Below, piece after piece: positions 25,959 to 38,898 of a stretch of DNA of 64,000 nucleotides. The position numbers and the translations under genes are program-made. Under the pieces are notes generated by a model that saw nothing but the letters and a program-made list of their open reading frames with translations, did not search any database and had not been told where the DNA came from. Position 1 is the stretch's first letter. Every line of letters starts with the position of its first letter. The stretch is from Lingula anatina (taxonomy: Eukaryota; Animalia; Brachiopoda). The stretch spans positions 14,172,644-14,236,643 of the forward strand of contig CM120643.1 in assembly GCA_051362555.1 (NCBI GenBank), written 5' to 3'.

Positions 25959-28055
25959 TTAATAGTACAATTTCAGAAAGTCCTTGACCACGGCTGTCAA
26001 AGCTACCACGTAGGTGGCACGTTCGGATGTACGCAAGGCATACGGTGATTCAATCTGTATGGCATCAATGGCGCCACCATTACGCGAACCATACGTCTTA
26101 ACTGTGTAGCCCCCACTGTAGAAGTTCCCTGATCCGGGTGACATGTTTCCCGGGGATGGAACAACCTTGTACCCGTGACTACTCAGTAAACCGCCGAAAC
26201 TGTTGTTACCACGTAGAAGGGCGTCAAAATTCATGCTTGTACTGTGTCTGTTGTACAAGGAACGGATGGAAGAAAGTGCGGGTTTGAGATCGTCCGTATT
26301 TAGACGACTTTTGCTTATCAAGTAGCCCAGTTCAATCCACTTCTCAGGGTGGCTTTGCCCGTGAATGTCAAGGAGCAGCCCCGCACCAGTGATGTGGGCA
26401 CGTGCGTCGGTGATAAATTTGTGATATTCGTTATATGCTGTCACGGCAGCTGAAACGTTGAATGCTGCCTCCTCAGTGTCTCGATTGGGGTCCAATTTTC
26501 CTGAAAATTAACGAGGTCCATTACTCTTATAAAGTAGGGGTATATTCATATTTGCTTGTCGATGACATAATACATCACATGTATTTTCATAAATTAAATT
26601 ATGACGCATTTAAATATTAAAGTTACTCACGCAGAAAGGACTTGCGAACTGTATAATATAATAAATTTTTTCAAATATCATACGTCAAATATAAAAAAAA
26701 ATCTTTCGCTAGTAATTAAACAACTCGTGGTCACTTTGTCAATATATTGGCATCCAAGCTAAAAATAACAAGGCAATAACACTTAACACAATATTATACG
26801 GTATTTTGGACACGGAAACGTTGTTGGGAAATTCGAATCAAGTTTCTCGAACGTTGCCAATACGAAACAGTTCGACCGGAACCGCTGTGACAATGTTGTA
26901 TAGGAGGCAATAGAATAATTTGCAGTACAGCCTCCTTCTATATATCAAAGTTGGATGCATACTTCTATTTAGATGATTAACGATCAAATGTGGGCGCTTT
27001 CCCGTCTGAGTCTCCAAGGCTGCAGTGAGTTCTGTAGCCAGTTCCTTAGTTTTGGTGTCTCTAAGAGTCTTGGCGGTACATTGGGAGTTCATAGAACCAC
27101 AAGTATGGGTCCATATGCAGGCTGCTCCTGACAAACATCCTTTCGTTCTATCAGGTATGCTGATAGGTTCGAGATAGCCTCCATGTGAGGCTGTGATAAT
27201 AACCTTGGAATCCGCCGTACCTGGAAATTAAAAGATAATTCTGTTCATTCATATCTCCTGAAACATAGTGGAATTTATATAGCGTTTCTGTTAATTAATA
27301 GGTTACAAACAAAATTTCCTCTGGGTAAGAACAACAACATCAATACTGATAAAAAAGCCTCTTCAACATAAGACGCACGACATATACTGCACATGTCCCT
27401 GTCCTGAATCGTGATGATGTGAAAAATATAGTCCAGTTAGTTGTGATAAGAATACTATACGAAACGCTGTATACCTCACTAAATGAAGACGTCATCCGGA
27501 TAATATTCTTTATTGTTAAAACACGCCTTTCAGTTGGTCAATTTGACCACAGGGGTGGAAATCTAGAATTATCATCATACTTCCAATCTCTTGGTTAAAT
27601 GTTGAACCATTTACATATTTTGTTTGTTTAAACAACTGGAAAACTGGAAATTGCTGTTATTGTCCTCACGAAATCACACAAATTTTTTGAGTTGCCTTAT
27701 CAAAAACATGCCCCTTAGTCACAGCTTGGCGTAAATAAAGGTACACAAAAGAATGAAATAAATAAATGAAATGAATGGCAAAATTGAGTTTTTACTGAAA
27801 TTTAATTTTACCCAATCACATAAAAAGGATCTGAACTGAAAAAAATTATCCAGAGCTGGTTATTCGATCCGCTTCCCATATCTATTCTCTTATATTCTAT
27901 TATGTTCTACTCTATACAAGCTTTAAATGTCGGTTGCGTTTATTACCTGGGAAGTACTCCACGTAGCCATTCGTTCCACTGATTCCTGACCCCTTTGCAC
28001 TATTTCCCGCTAAAATACCGAGCAACGGCCACACGTAGACGTGAAAAAGGTGCAT
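25959..28055 (-). CDS. Secreted N-formylglutamate amidohydrolase-fold protein, copy B (302 aa; exons 28055-27947, 27220-26963, 26500-25959)
   Basis: Same exon sizes and phases as copy A (109+258+542 nt); motifs IITASHGG, KLDPNR, LLDIHGQ, FYSGGYT, AIQIE intact. Confidence 0.85.
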
Positions 28056-28154
28056 CTTCTCTTTATCAACAACAAGAGTCCCTGTGTTGGAAGTGAAAAC
28101 CCGTTAATATCAAACTAAGCCAGATGACTATCTTTTGGTGTTCTAATTATCTTA

Positions 28155-28445
28155 GAGCGCATTCAGAACAGATGATCCGCGGACTAAATGATCCGCCCAT
28201 TAAATATGGCCGACCCCATTAATGTCGCTAATTCCCTAATGCCCCCTCCCCCTTCCTCCACACACGTCGTTGATGCAGGGGTCTAGTAATTAAACCTCGG
28301 AGCCGAGATTAAACCCGTTTTTAAAATGGCGCGTGTGGAGGCGGAGAGACCATCAGCGAATTAGCTGCATCGCTTTTTAAGTGGGGTCCGCCTTATTAAG
28401 TCTCCAGATCGGTTAGTCCGCGGACCATCTGTTCTGAATGCGTTC
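28155..28445. mobile_element. PIF/Harbinger-like MITE family A inserted ~100 bp upstream of the copy B start codon
   Basis: TIRs GAGCGCATTCAGAACAGATG...CATCTGTTCTGAATGCGTTC, TTA duplication (28152-28154, 28446-28448); the paralogous position upstream of copy A (~21630) is an empty TAA site. Confidence 0.9.
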
Positions 28446-28504
28446 TTACTAAATTGTTCTTGATGACATCACTGTAATAGTCATGAATATTGATGGCCCA
28501 ATCC

Positions 28505-28825
28505 TACCAAGGGGCATGATTAAGATAAGGCAACCCCCCTTAAACAGGTGTGTTATTTCGTGAAGGAAATTGTAGTGATTTTTTGTTATCCAGTTGTTTA
28601 TATAGACAAATATGTGAATAGTTGAATACTAAACCAAGAGATTATAAGTGTGATGACACTTCTAGATTTTCCTCTACAATAACCCGCTAACATGGTGATC
28701 AACGGCCACACATAGACTTGAATAAGGTGCGTCTTCACTTTATCAATAACGACACTCCCTCCGTTGGAAGTGTTAACCCGTCTAATGTCAAATTCAATTA
28801 GGTTACTGTGGTTTGGTGTTCTCTT
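28505..28825 (-). pseudogene. Rearranged remnant of a further hydrolase copy (partial exon 1 plus inverted intron piece)
   Basis: 28690-28825 matches exon 1 and the 5' flank (ACG at the start position); 28505-28676 is reverse-complement of intron-1 sequence at ~20205-20360. Confidence 0.65.
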
Positions 28826-30474
28826 TATATTAATAGATTAATTTTCCCATTTTGTCTATCTAGGACGATTCCCGTATCACGAGTTTTGTATACATCCACT
28901 TTCATTTTATTTTAGGATGATTGATATTGATAGAATGATGCATCGATAACTTACGTATGAGTATGATATGGACGTATTACTCTGTTCAATGCATTCTACA
29001 GAGTGTCGCCCGACTTTCAGTCTTTTAATCTCAGTGCCGCTTTCTTTAAGGCCGATACGCCGTCGATATAGGTGCACCCTCCCCCCCCCCTCCCCCCAAC
29101 GTTTTAGCACCTACGTGGTCAGAATTATTAGGAAACTTCAAATTCATAAAAGTGAATTAAACTAAACTATAAACATCTTCACTATAGTTATGCCTCCTGA
29201 AATCATCCAGGGTGTGCTAGTAGTCTGTCACAAAAATTTTGTATCGGCCAAGCTGCAATTTTGTATAATATTTTAGTAGCCCCTGATTTCAGAGGATACA
29301 TCACTATCACCGCTTGTCCACCGAACAGTGACCGTTACAATGAAAAAGTGAAAAAAAAAATTCAAAGATGGCTATGGGCCCTAGGTTAGCATACAGTGTA
29401 CTGACCATAGGCCTGTTCTATAAACATCAGGGGAAAACTAATCAACAGTGACATTACTTGCACATGTATAATAAAAGGCAGCACAAATGCTCCAGAAATG
29501 AGAAAATGTGAAATTATACTGCATCATTAATTGTCTTATTACAACATAATTGATTTAGTAATTGGCCAGACGTGTATGAGCAGATGCGAGCATCCAGAAT
29601 TTCTCTCGGTAAGTGGTAATATTACCTATGAATGTATTCTGTTCAGCAAATAGCACGTGTATTTAAAGGGATAATAACTCTTCGTATGAGATCTATATTT
29701 CACAATAAAAACATTGTAAACAACTCATAGAAATATAATTTATTCTGCTTTACCACATTAACAGCAGTTATAGCTATTATTCTGATATCTGAGCTTGTCA
29801 TCAGACCACGTAACATCCCTTGTGTATGTCAAGATAACATGTAACACGATGCTTTAATAAAAGTTGATGTACGTTTTAATGGGAAAGAAGCGTGCACTGG
29901 CTGACATATATACCAAGTGCATTATGCAGTTTAATTGTAATACATTGATTCCCCTTTATTTCATCTTGACATATGCGTGTATTTATAGTACTCACTGACT
30001 AAGTTAAACGTATTTTAGGGAGTGTAACACTCCTGTGCTCGCTCGCAACGTGATGGCTTCATAATGACCTTTGTATCTTTGTAAACCAACAGCTGTTTCT
30101 ATGTCATCTGTGTCATGGCCACTACATATCCGATGTATCAATTGAATAAAGTCGGCCAGTCAAACACTTGAAAAAAGAAGAACCACCAATAAAATTTTCT
30201 TTTTGACTGATATACAGTAACTGTTTGCCTCAGATAATACGGATAATACGCGATTGCCATCATTGACCCTATGCTGGAAAGTGCCCAATATAAAATTGGT
30301 CCATTTTCAAACCAGAGCTGAAAAGATGAAAATATGACGTGAACTGAGTTTATTGGATGAGAAATATCAGCAGATTAAGAATATCTCGATGTCAAGCTCT
30401 TAGATTATTCCGAAGTGTAAACTGTTGGTCACTGTCGCAGAACCGAACACGACAAGACCACGAACGTTACAGAT

Positions 30475-32696
30475 ATGGCGTCTCTCTCCTTGATTTTATT
30501 AACGATTGTCCCCCTTATTTTGTTCTCCAACGCAACAACCAAAGAAGATTTCAACAAGTTACTCGAGTTGTCCGAGTTAAAAGTACTGAACAGTAAACTA
30601 AGAGAGAAACTGGTGGCCGAGTGTAAACACCTTGGCCAAGATATACTCATAGGCAGACGGCAACTACCAGTTGGACATTTAGACTTGGATCTTGAGCTTC
30701 AACGAGAGCTGTTCGAACATTTAAAACAGGTATGCGAACCTATCGTTTATCGTTCCATCTTTTTCTGTGATAAAAATAGTTCTTAAATTCATATATATTT
30801 GAAAAAAAAAAGATTAACCTTTTGACGTTCTGAAAAGATCTAAGTTCTAGCTGACTTTGATGACCTTCAGCATAAAGGGCAATCGTCCCATAGCCAAACA
30901 TTCAAAAAGGGCACGGTGAACGTATCAGAGTTTTGTTGTTTGAAATATTCCACATGTTTACCGAAATACGTTCGCTAAGATTAATTGATGACTGACTAAC
31001 CTTACAACCCATATGGAGAGGCGCGATAGTTACAGTTTAAGACATGTTGTATGATGCTGCCTGGTACTGAACTGTGGATCAAAAGAATTCTAGTGTTTTG
31101 GAATATACACAAGCCGTAAACTGAAGCAAACTTCCTATTTTACAGCTCTATCTGCAATGCAAATCAACGACCGGCAGTACGAAACCCTTGCAAACTGTGA
31201 CAGCAAAACCAATTACACATACTTGGCCGCCTAAAACGACAACAACAACATCAACATCAACATCAACAACGACAATAAGGACATCCACCGCGTTTATTCC
31301 AGTCCAATATTCAACAACGCCAGGTAACGTTTTTGATGTTTTACTTCCCTCTTTCTTTCTTTATTCATTTCCGTCTTTGTTTTGATAACGACTTTCAATT
31401 TTCATCGGAGATTAAGGTTACTATTACTTTTTATGAGTATTGTATGTTTTAATTGGCAGTGACTCAAGAGCTCACTCAATATATTTTACTGTTATTGACT
31501 TTTTATATATTACCCATGGAAAGAATCCAATGGATGCAAACACTGCGTTATAAGTTCCTGTTTATTTGAACGGTGTCTTTCTGTCTTTTTTAATCAATTT
31601 GTAAAGCACAAAATGTGCATTAAGAAAAATGTTTGTAGGATTTGCACTACATCATTTCAAAATTACATGTGCATGGTATACCGCAATATTGTTGAAAATT
31701 ATCTGAAAATCGCTTGCTGTTATTTTCAGGTCCACGTTGTCCTCCGGGCTTTGAAAGGTTAAACTCTAGTTGTTATCTGTATAATAACAGTGCGTCAATG
31801 ACATGGGAAGAAGCAAAACAGTTTTGCGAACAGCAGAGAGGGTATTTAGCAGAAATTGGATCAGAGGCTGAGCAAAGGGTTGTCGAGGGTATTCTCCAAC
31901 GTAATGGTGAGTTCGAGAGTCAATCAACAACTTATAAAATGATATATTTAAACAAGTTCTGAATTTTTTCTTTAGTTTATATGATTGTTAAATTTTCGCT
32001 TTATGGAAAGTATTTATACCATTAAATTCCCTTGAGCTTACCCATCAGGGGTCTATGAAGACCCAAATAAATAAATTGAGTTATTACTAAACATTAAAGT
32101 AAACATTAAAGTACATATCCTTATTATTTTCATCCTTTAAGATAATCTAGCTCACCTTCAATAATTGTTACGTGGCTAAATGGGTAGGTGTGATCTCTTC
32201 TCACAAAGCTCCTTCAAACGGCACCATTCCAATTACATTTCAAATTTCAATTATTTTAAAAATAAAAAATATATCGTTACATTTTCTCTTTTGGATCTAG
32301 CTTGAGACGTCCTCACCAGACGACTTCGCCAGGGTTGGACATGGTAGCTTTCAGAACAGAACTGGAAAGGCGAAATGGTAACTTGGCCTCTCGCTATAAG
32401 TAATTACTAGTGTCTATCTCTTATTACGTCTTCCTTGTGTTGCAGGTTCTAAGGTCGACGATGTAATCTGGATGGGAGGACGAAAGGTGAACGGCGTTTT
32501 TAAGTGGGTACATAGCGGAAAGGACGTCGAGGATGGTTACACAAATTGGGCTCCACACGAACCGTACTTTGGTGAATACATGTTAGTGTATGGAATCAAA
32601 TACCGATATCTTGGGCCGTTGTTTAAATGGGCAGATTGTCGCAGTCCTTGCGACAGCAAATCGGATTTCGCATTGTGTGAAAGTGATTTCGAGTAA
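30475..32696 (+). CDS. Secreted C-type lectin with helical N-terminal region and Thr-rich stalk (~286 aa; exons 30475-30729, 31146-31323, 31730-31906, 32446-32696)
   Basis: Signal peptide MASLSLILLTIVPLILFSNA; T/S-rich exon 2; CTLD CPPGF..SCY..TWEEAKQFC..YLAEI..WMGG..NWAPHEP..WADC..ALCE; intron phases 0,1,1, all GT-AG and in frame. Confidence 0.9.
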
Positions 32697-33479
32697 ATAA
32701 ATTCTCCGGTAGTTCAAAGGGTGTGCTACTGTTGCCGAGGTCCAATTGCATTATTAATTGTTAAATTAAAAGTGTTGTTGGTGTTTTTTTTTTAATTTTG
32801 ATTATAGACTTTGCCAGACATGAGGGGATAAGACATGTCTTCACACGACCAAATTATATAGCGCATTTTATTGACATCATAATCGAACACACAAAATACA
32901 TACCCGGTCTCACTAGAAACTCTAAAGGAACTGAATGGTGCATATCCTTCCGAAAACTTGCCCAGCTGATGATTTCTTTATAAAAATATACAAATTGGTA
33001 CTTCATTTAATTTTTGTAAATATCGAGCTTTTTAAAAAAATGCGTCCTTTCTTTCAAACGTCTGGAAGTAAATGAGCAACGCGGTCACGTTGCTGAGGTC
33101 ACATTTACAGTAAAAACCAAAGAACAAAAAAGGCACAAAAGGTAAAAGAGAAAGAACACAACATACTTCATGATGTACATACAGCAGTTTTCTCCCAGCA
33201 GTGAAAACACCGGATGAAACGCATAATAGGGACTTTTTAAAAAAGACTCGAAGACAGCATATCAACTAGTGCATGGGAGGATATACCATATACCAGATAG
33301 CAAGGGAAGCGCAAAATGTCACCTGTTAAGTGATATAGATGTGAATTGACAGCTGTTCTCGGCGCACCATGTCTCGCGACTGTAAGGTATCTAGTGACTG
33401 GATTATAGCTGTATATACCATGATTAACAACGAACCATGATTAACAACGTTCAGTATTAAACATGCTACTTCTTCCGTT

Positions 33480-35160
33480 TATTTCATTTGTCTCATTCTT
33501 GTTGTCGTCAAATGCAGCTGCTACTTCTGGTGGTGATTTCGAAGTGATGCTTGAGATATAGAAGTTGAAGGTCTGCAGTTCATGACCATATTAAAATACA
33601 TTAATGTTTAATTCGTTTCAAAAATATTGAAAAGTAATGTCACACATGGATCCTAGAGAAAGTCAGTTCAAAAGTTTAACAGTTAATCAAGAAATTGATT
33701 TTTCCACAAATTTAGTAATTATAAATATTTTTCTGAATTACCAATAACTCTAATACAGGACCAAAAAGAATATTTAGAACAGTCTTCCAATTCCATTTCA
33801 TTTAGACCAGTCCCTGCTGATTGGCCGTCGCCAATTAGGAACCAGGTATATGGATACGAGCTTGAACTCCAAAACGAATTTTTCCAACATCTAAAGCAGG
33901 TGCAGATGACTTATGACTAAGGCAGTGTCCTTATGTTACAATGCAAAACAACGTCGCGCATTAAGGGCAATTTTTTATGGGCATTGCGTCTGCGGCTAAT
34001 ACTGTCGATCTCGCGGTCTAGCAATACACGAAAGTTGAAGTAAAAAATCAAGAGCATTCTCAATCTTTTTTTTTTTTTTTTTCACGAACAGTTCTTTAAT
34101 AACGACCTCGTCTGCATCAGATGTAATATATAGGTTCAAAATGTGTGTAAAACTACATTTCAACCTCTTGCTCACTCCAACAGCTCTCCACGCAAGGTAT
34201 TGAGAAGACCAGAGGAAATGCGTCATTACCATTAAAAGCAGCAAATTCTCCATGGCCTCCAGTAGCAGCAACAACAACAGCAACGACAAGCCGTCGACTA
34301 CGACGTCGAAACCAAATCTTCCACAACGACTGGTAATTTCATTCTTTTATTCATTCATATTTTGTTTTCTGTAATGATTCAGCCACGCACGCTGAAAACA
34401 AAGCGGCAATCAGTGTAGCAAAGCTGCTGTTTCGAAATAGCTGTACCCGATTATACTAGGCATTTTGACCAATGGTCTTAGAAAGTATGACCAGGGTCTT
34501 TAATTAGGAATATGTATTTTTTCTGAAAGACCTTCATGTGACATTGTTTGCTTTTAAGCTCCCAGTTGCCCGCCGAATTTTGAAAAGCTCTCCTTTGGTT
34601 GCTATATGTATGATAACAGCGCGACAGTGAGTTTGGTATCAGCAAAACGGTTTTCCGAGAGAGTTGTCGAAGGCATTATCAATCGCAATGGCCAGTTAGG
34701 ACATTTTAAGCAACAAGTAAAAGAAAATTTTTCTCGCGACATCGTTGACAGCTTTGCAATAAATTGTTTTGGTTGCAGCTTAACATCATAACATAAAATT
34801 CTGATTATATTCATAAATGATAATTACTCTATTTATGAATTTGTAATTAATCTACCTCTGTCAAAGGGTAAATTTGCTACGTATTGCTTATTAAGAATAC
34901 ATCGAGAAATGGCCTTTAAAGAACCAGTGTTTTTATCCAGACTATTGTATTCTGTGCGGAGATTCCAGAAAAAAGCTGCACTTCAACTGATTTCTCAAGT
35001 TTTTTTCGTTACACACTGAATTTTTTTTACCTTACATAAGATACTTTTTCAATTTGATTTGCATTTGTTTATTTAAAAATACGTAACTGTCTGTTTTATC
35101 TAGTTAGGAACCGTTTTCAATTAAATTCACTTTTGAACAATCCGACTTTTCGGGTGCAAA

Positions 35161-35206
<46 letters not shown>

Positions 35207-35440
35207 GGTTCAAGCAATGACCGGTACGTTTGGTTGGTCGGGCACCTGGTGAACGGCGTACTTCAATGGACCCACAGCGGACGGGCCATAGAACGTGGTT
35301 ATACATACAGGGTACCAAGACAGCCTGGCAGTGATGCTTACTTGATATTACCCGCATTTCATTATACTAAAACTCCCCTCTTAAATAAATGGGCAGATTT
35401 CAATGGCGACAGTGGTGTGAAAGTGGTCCCAAATAAATAG
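33480..35440 (+). pseudogene. Decayed tandem paralog of the C-type lectin
   Basis: Remnants of all four exons in order (ELELQNEFFQHLKQ|GT at ~33899; Thr-rich ~34183-34332; CPPNFEKLSFGCYMY at ~34567 with the YLAEI segment deleted; WLVG..WTHSG..KWADF at 35208-35440) with indels and lost cysteines. Confidence 0.75.
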
Positions 35441-37671
35441 ATTCATCAGTGACGTCCAATTTAACATAAATTGAACAGTTGCAATTGACTTTGTGGATTA
35501 TTATAAATTGCAAATGAATGAATGTATGAATAATAAAAAATAATTTGTTAATAGTTGGACATTGAGAGGATAAAGGTTAACCGCACAAACGAACCGAATA
35601 TGTATAGAAGTTCAATTGAAAAAGAGAATGGGAAAATCAGTCTTAAATATAGGTAAAATAGATTTATAAATGTATATAATTAATGAATGAAGTAAGTATT
35701 TAAAAAAAAAACAAATATATTTGGATTCTTTCCATTTATTCATATATTCGGATCAACATATTCATTAAACCATGGGAAATTAAAGGCTACTAACTGTTTT
35801 AATAGTCGTGCTGTAATAAAGAATGACACATGTTTTTGCTGCTATCTATTTCTTTCTGTTCGTTGTACTCTTTAACTTCTTTATCTGCACGCTCTGGCTC
35901 ACTGTCAGGTAAGTTGCGTATTATTTGACTATAAAATCATTCCATTAAATTAAAAAATAATATTAATCAATGTTCATTACTATATACACCTCTTTATCAA
36001 ATAAAATTGGTCCTCGAATTTAACATAACGATATACATCTTTTCCACTGTAACCTTGACATGTATAAAACACAGACAATTATGCACATAATAGAAACTAA
36101 TGGAGAAAGAAATTAACAATATAAAGCAATTATTTCTCAAAACTCATCAAGGGATTTAAAATAAGGACGACTTTGTCATTAACCTTCGTAGCAATTACTT
36201 AAACTATGAGCATGCTAATAAGCATAGGCTTAATTAAATAACATTTGTAAGAAAAAATAGTGTATATTCAATTTTAGCAATAATAATAATAATAATGTTC
36301 AAACGTCAAAGCAACAACAGTTCATATAAAATCCGTTCATCTCAGTCCAATACAAAAACATTCATTTGGACTCAATTTTCTGACACTTTCTATTTTTCAA
36401 AAAGAGTTAGTAATTCATATACTGTCGTACAAACATCATGAATAATATTTCTCTTTAACTTTATTAAACCATTTAAAACTTATGCCTTATTAGCAATTCT
36501 CGCATGAGTATCAAGTTACTATTTTTTGCCATAGAATCCAAGGTTTATTCTGTGAAAGTATGAAAAAATACTAAATATTGAACAAAATTTCAGTTTGTTA
36601 AATGATAACAAAATTATAATAATTGTGATCATAATTTTCCTTTTTACAGAAATGCTCCCAAAATTAACGTTAAAACGCACACCGTGTGGTTTACTTAACA
36701 AAATTAGCCTTTACTGGTTCGTGCCAACCAAACAATAAGCTTTTAAGCTGTACCTTCAACATTCATAAAATCATAACCTGAAGTCCCTTGAATATACCAT
36801 AAATAAAAAAAACAAAACAAAACAAAACAGAAACCGAGGACCTATTTTAAATGTAACGTTTTACGTGAAATTTTGATCGTCAACAATTTCCTAAGTTGCC
36901 TATTATTTTTAGAACTCTTGTTCATTTTACGAAATATCTAAAATAAAGGACAAAAAGAGAAGAAAAGAGAAAAAATTAATGCATCAATTCATACCATAAC
37001 AAAAGTTATGAAAGAATTTGGATCATCAAGCATATTTCCATTTCCAGCAGGTTGAATAAGTAATGGAATTTCAAATCATTGCCGCAGCTATGCGAAGATA
37101 TGTTTCACCACAAAGAAACCGGAAGTATAGAACAAGACTTTGAAGGAGTACACCGTGACAGGTACCACCCCATAACCTGAGTCGACACAGAGACATTGAA
37201 TAAGACTGCGTTCCCATAAACCCGTCGTTCTAGCTGGATCGATCTAACTTCCAGGGGCTTTTCTTTTTAATGCTTGCAGTGTAATCAGCTTAATTGTATC
37301 GAGTAAATGGGGGGGGGGGGGGGGGGGGGGGGTCATTGACTACCGTCGAGGATGTGAATCGATTAGTAAATATTTATGAAAGCTTCTCTTAAGAGTCTTT
37401 TAAGCCAGGCTGTCGGAATACAAGTACAAGCCATGTAGATTCATAAAATCCACACCCGCCACTAAACCAGACTAACGAAAACATCAGTAGAGATAATCCA
37501 TCTCACGACTATTCATGAAACACTGAAGAAAGACCAACTTACAGGAAAGCACAGTTTGCTTTAACAAAATTAGGTACAGAGGAATCTCTAAGTTATCTTG
37601 AAAGTCGGTGTTGGACGGTGCTACCTTAACTGGAGATGCAAATGTGACCATCGAGCCTTACAAGAATATAC

Positions 37672-37879
37672 GGCACGCAGGAATCAGTACGATTCCCTAT
37701 AAAAACTGGGCCTCTAAGATAGAAAGACAGAGACCCCGGGAGATCGTCGTGACAGTTCCTGCCTGCGTGCCAGTTTGTAGCCCGTCGGTGAATAAAGATC
37801 TACATGAGCTACAATTGAAGTCGTTCCGTGTTTTCAAGCTGCTACCCGCTCAGAACTAAGTAACCAACCGGATTTCACA
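37672..37879 (+). mobile_element. 3' half of LTR-like unit (copy 1 of the tandem array)
   Basis: GGCACGCAGG, TATAAAAA (37698), AATAAA (37791), TAAGTAACCAACC end; nearly identical to 42252-42458. Confidence 0.75.
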
Positions 37880-38621
37880 ATCAAACTGATTTAGGTGACA
37901 TAAAAAAAGTTCAAACTAGATACAGACTAGTGTTTCTGTGGAATGTAATTAGTGACCATTGTAGAATACCAAAGAAATTTCATTCAAGTGGCATGTAACG
38001 AGATTGTTACTTAATTAGTGCTGAATTACAATATAGAAAGAGGAAAGTATGATAAAAGGATGTATCAAAAGAAGGGAAATCAGAGAATAAATAGAAATGA
38101 TCTGCTCGGAATATACAATGTGTCTCACTTTAAAGTAAATCTGTTTAAAAAAATGTGACGTATGCAATGGAAACTTGATCAGCATTTTGGGAAGATAAAA
38201 GAAAGACCCGTTCTTTGGGCTGGACACCTTTTTCATTAGATTGCTCCTCTATTTCACTATTGTCTCATAAGAACCACCTGTATCGTCCGAGAAAAACCGA
38301 ACTACAGGGAAAGAAGACTTATTCAGAAGGCGTACTCAGTTGTACCTGACATCTATCATCTAATAAAACTTGCTTGCCTGGATTGAAGAAATATCAGGAC
38401 TTTGTTGTTCTTTGCCTACCTCATAACCCCCGTGTGACGGATCCCGAAGGACAATAAAACGCAATAAACAAAGAAGAAACCCACAAATAACCCCCCCCCC
38501 GTGACAAAAACAAACGATAGACAAATGTATGGTGTGTAACAAAGAAAGACTTTTGAAAAAAAGTGTATATGGTATAACAATACATGTCTTTAAGTCCAAA
38601 ATGACTGATACCAGTCATTTT

Positions 38622-38802
38622 GAGAGGGGAAAGGGAGGACTGTAAGGGACGCGGTGGCGCCCCTTAGCATGTCCCACGCCCCTAGGATGTCGCGGCGCCC
38701 CTTAGCATGTGCCACGCCCCTAGGATGTCGCGGCGCCCGCGCCTACACTAGAAAGACTTATTATAAGGTCGTATTTAAATGAGACATGAAGGTAGATATA
38801 AA
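38622..38802 (+). promoter_or_regulatory. Polypurine tract, LTR start and U3-like promoter
   Basis: GAGAGGGGAAAGGGAGGA immediately before TGTAAGGGACGC (38641); 38-bp GC-rich direct repeat x2 (38656-38731); TATAAA at 38797. Confidence 0.7.
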
Positions 38803-38898
38803 GGGAACAGGTGGTGGGTAGAGAGGGAGACTTAGGCATCGGCCTCCTTCGACGGCCACTTCATCCACTCTGCTTTGGACCACCACCAAGACAACATC

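Noticed and set aside
38015-38236. Duplicated 73-aa minus-strand ORF (also 42595-42816) and LTR-overlapping ORFs 37608 and 42201
   Set aside because: Conserved only because of the recent DNA duplication; no protein features.
37350-38360. Possible pol/integrase remnants in the mosaic (e.g. IEMICSEYTMC, VLDGATLTGDANVTIEP)
   Set aside because: Too short and degenerate; no YxDD, RNase H or DDE motif recognisable.
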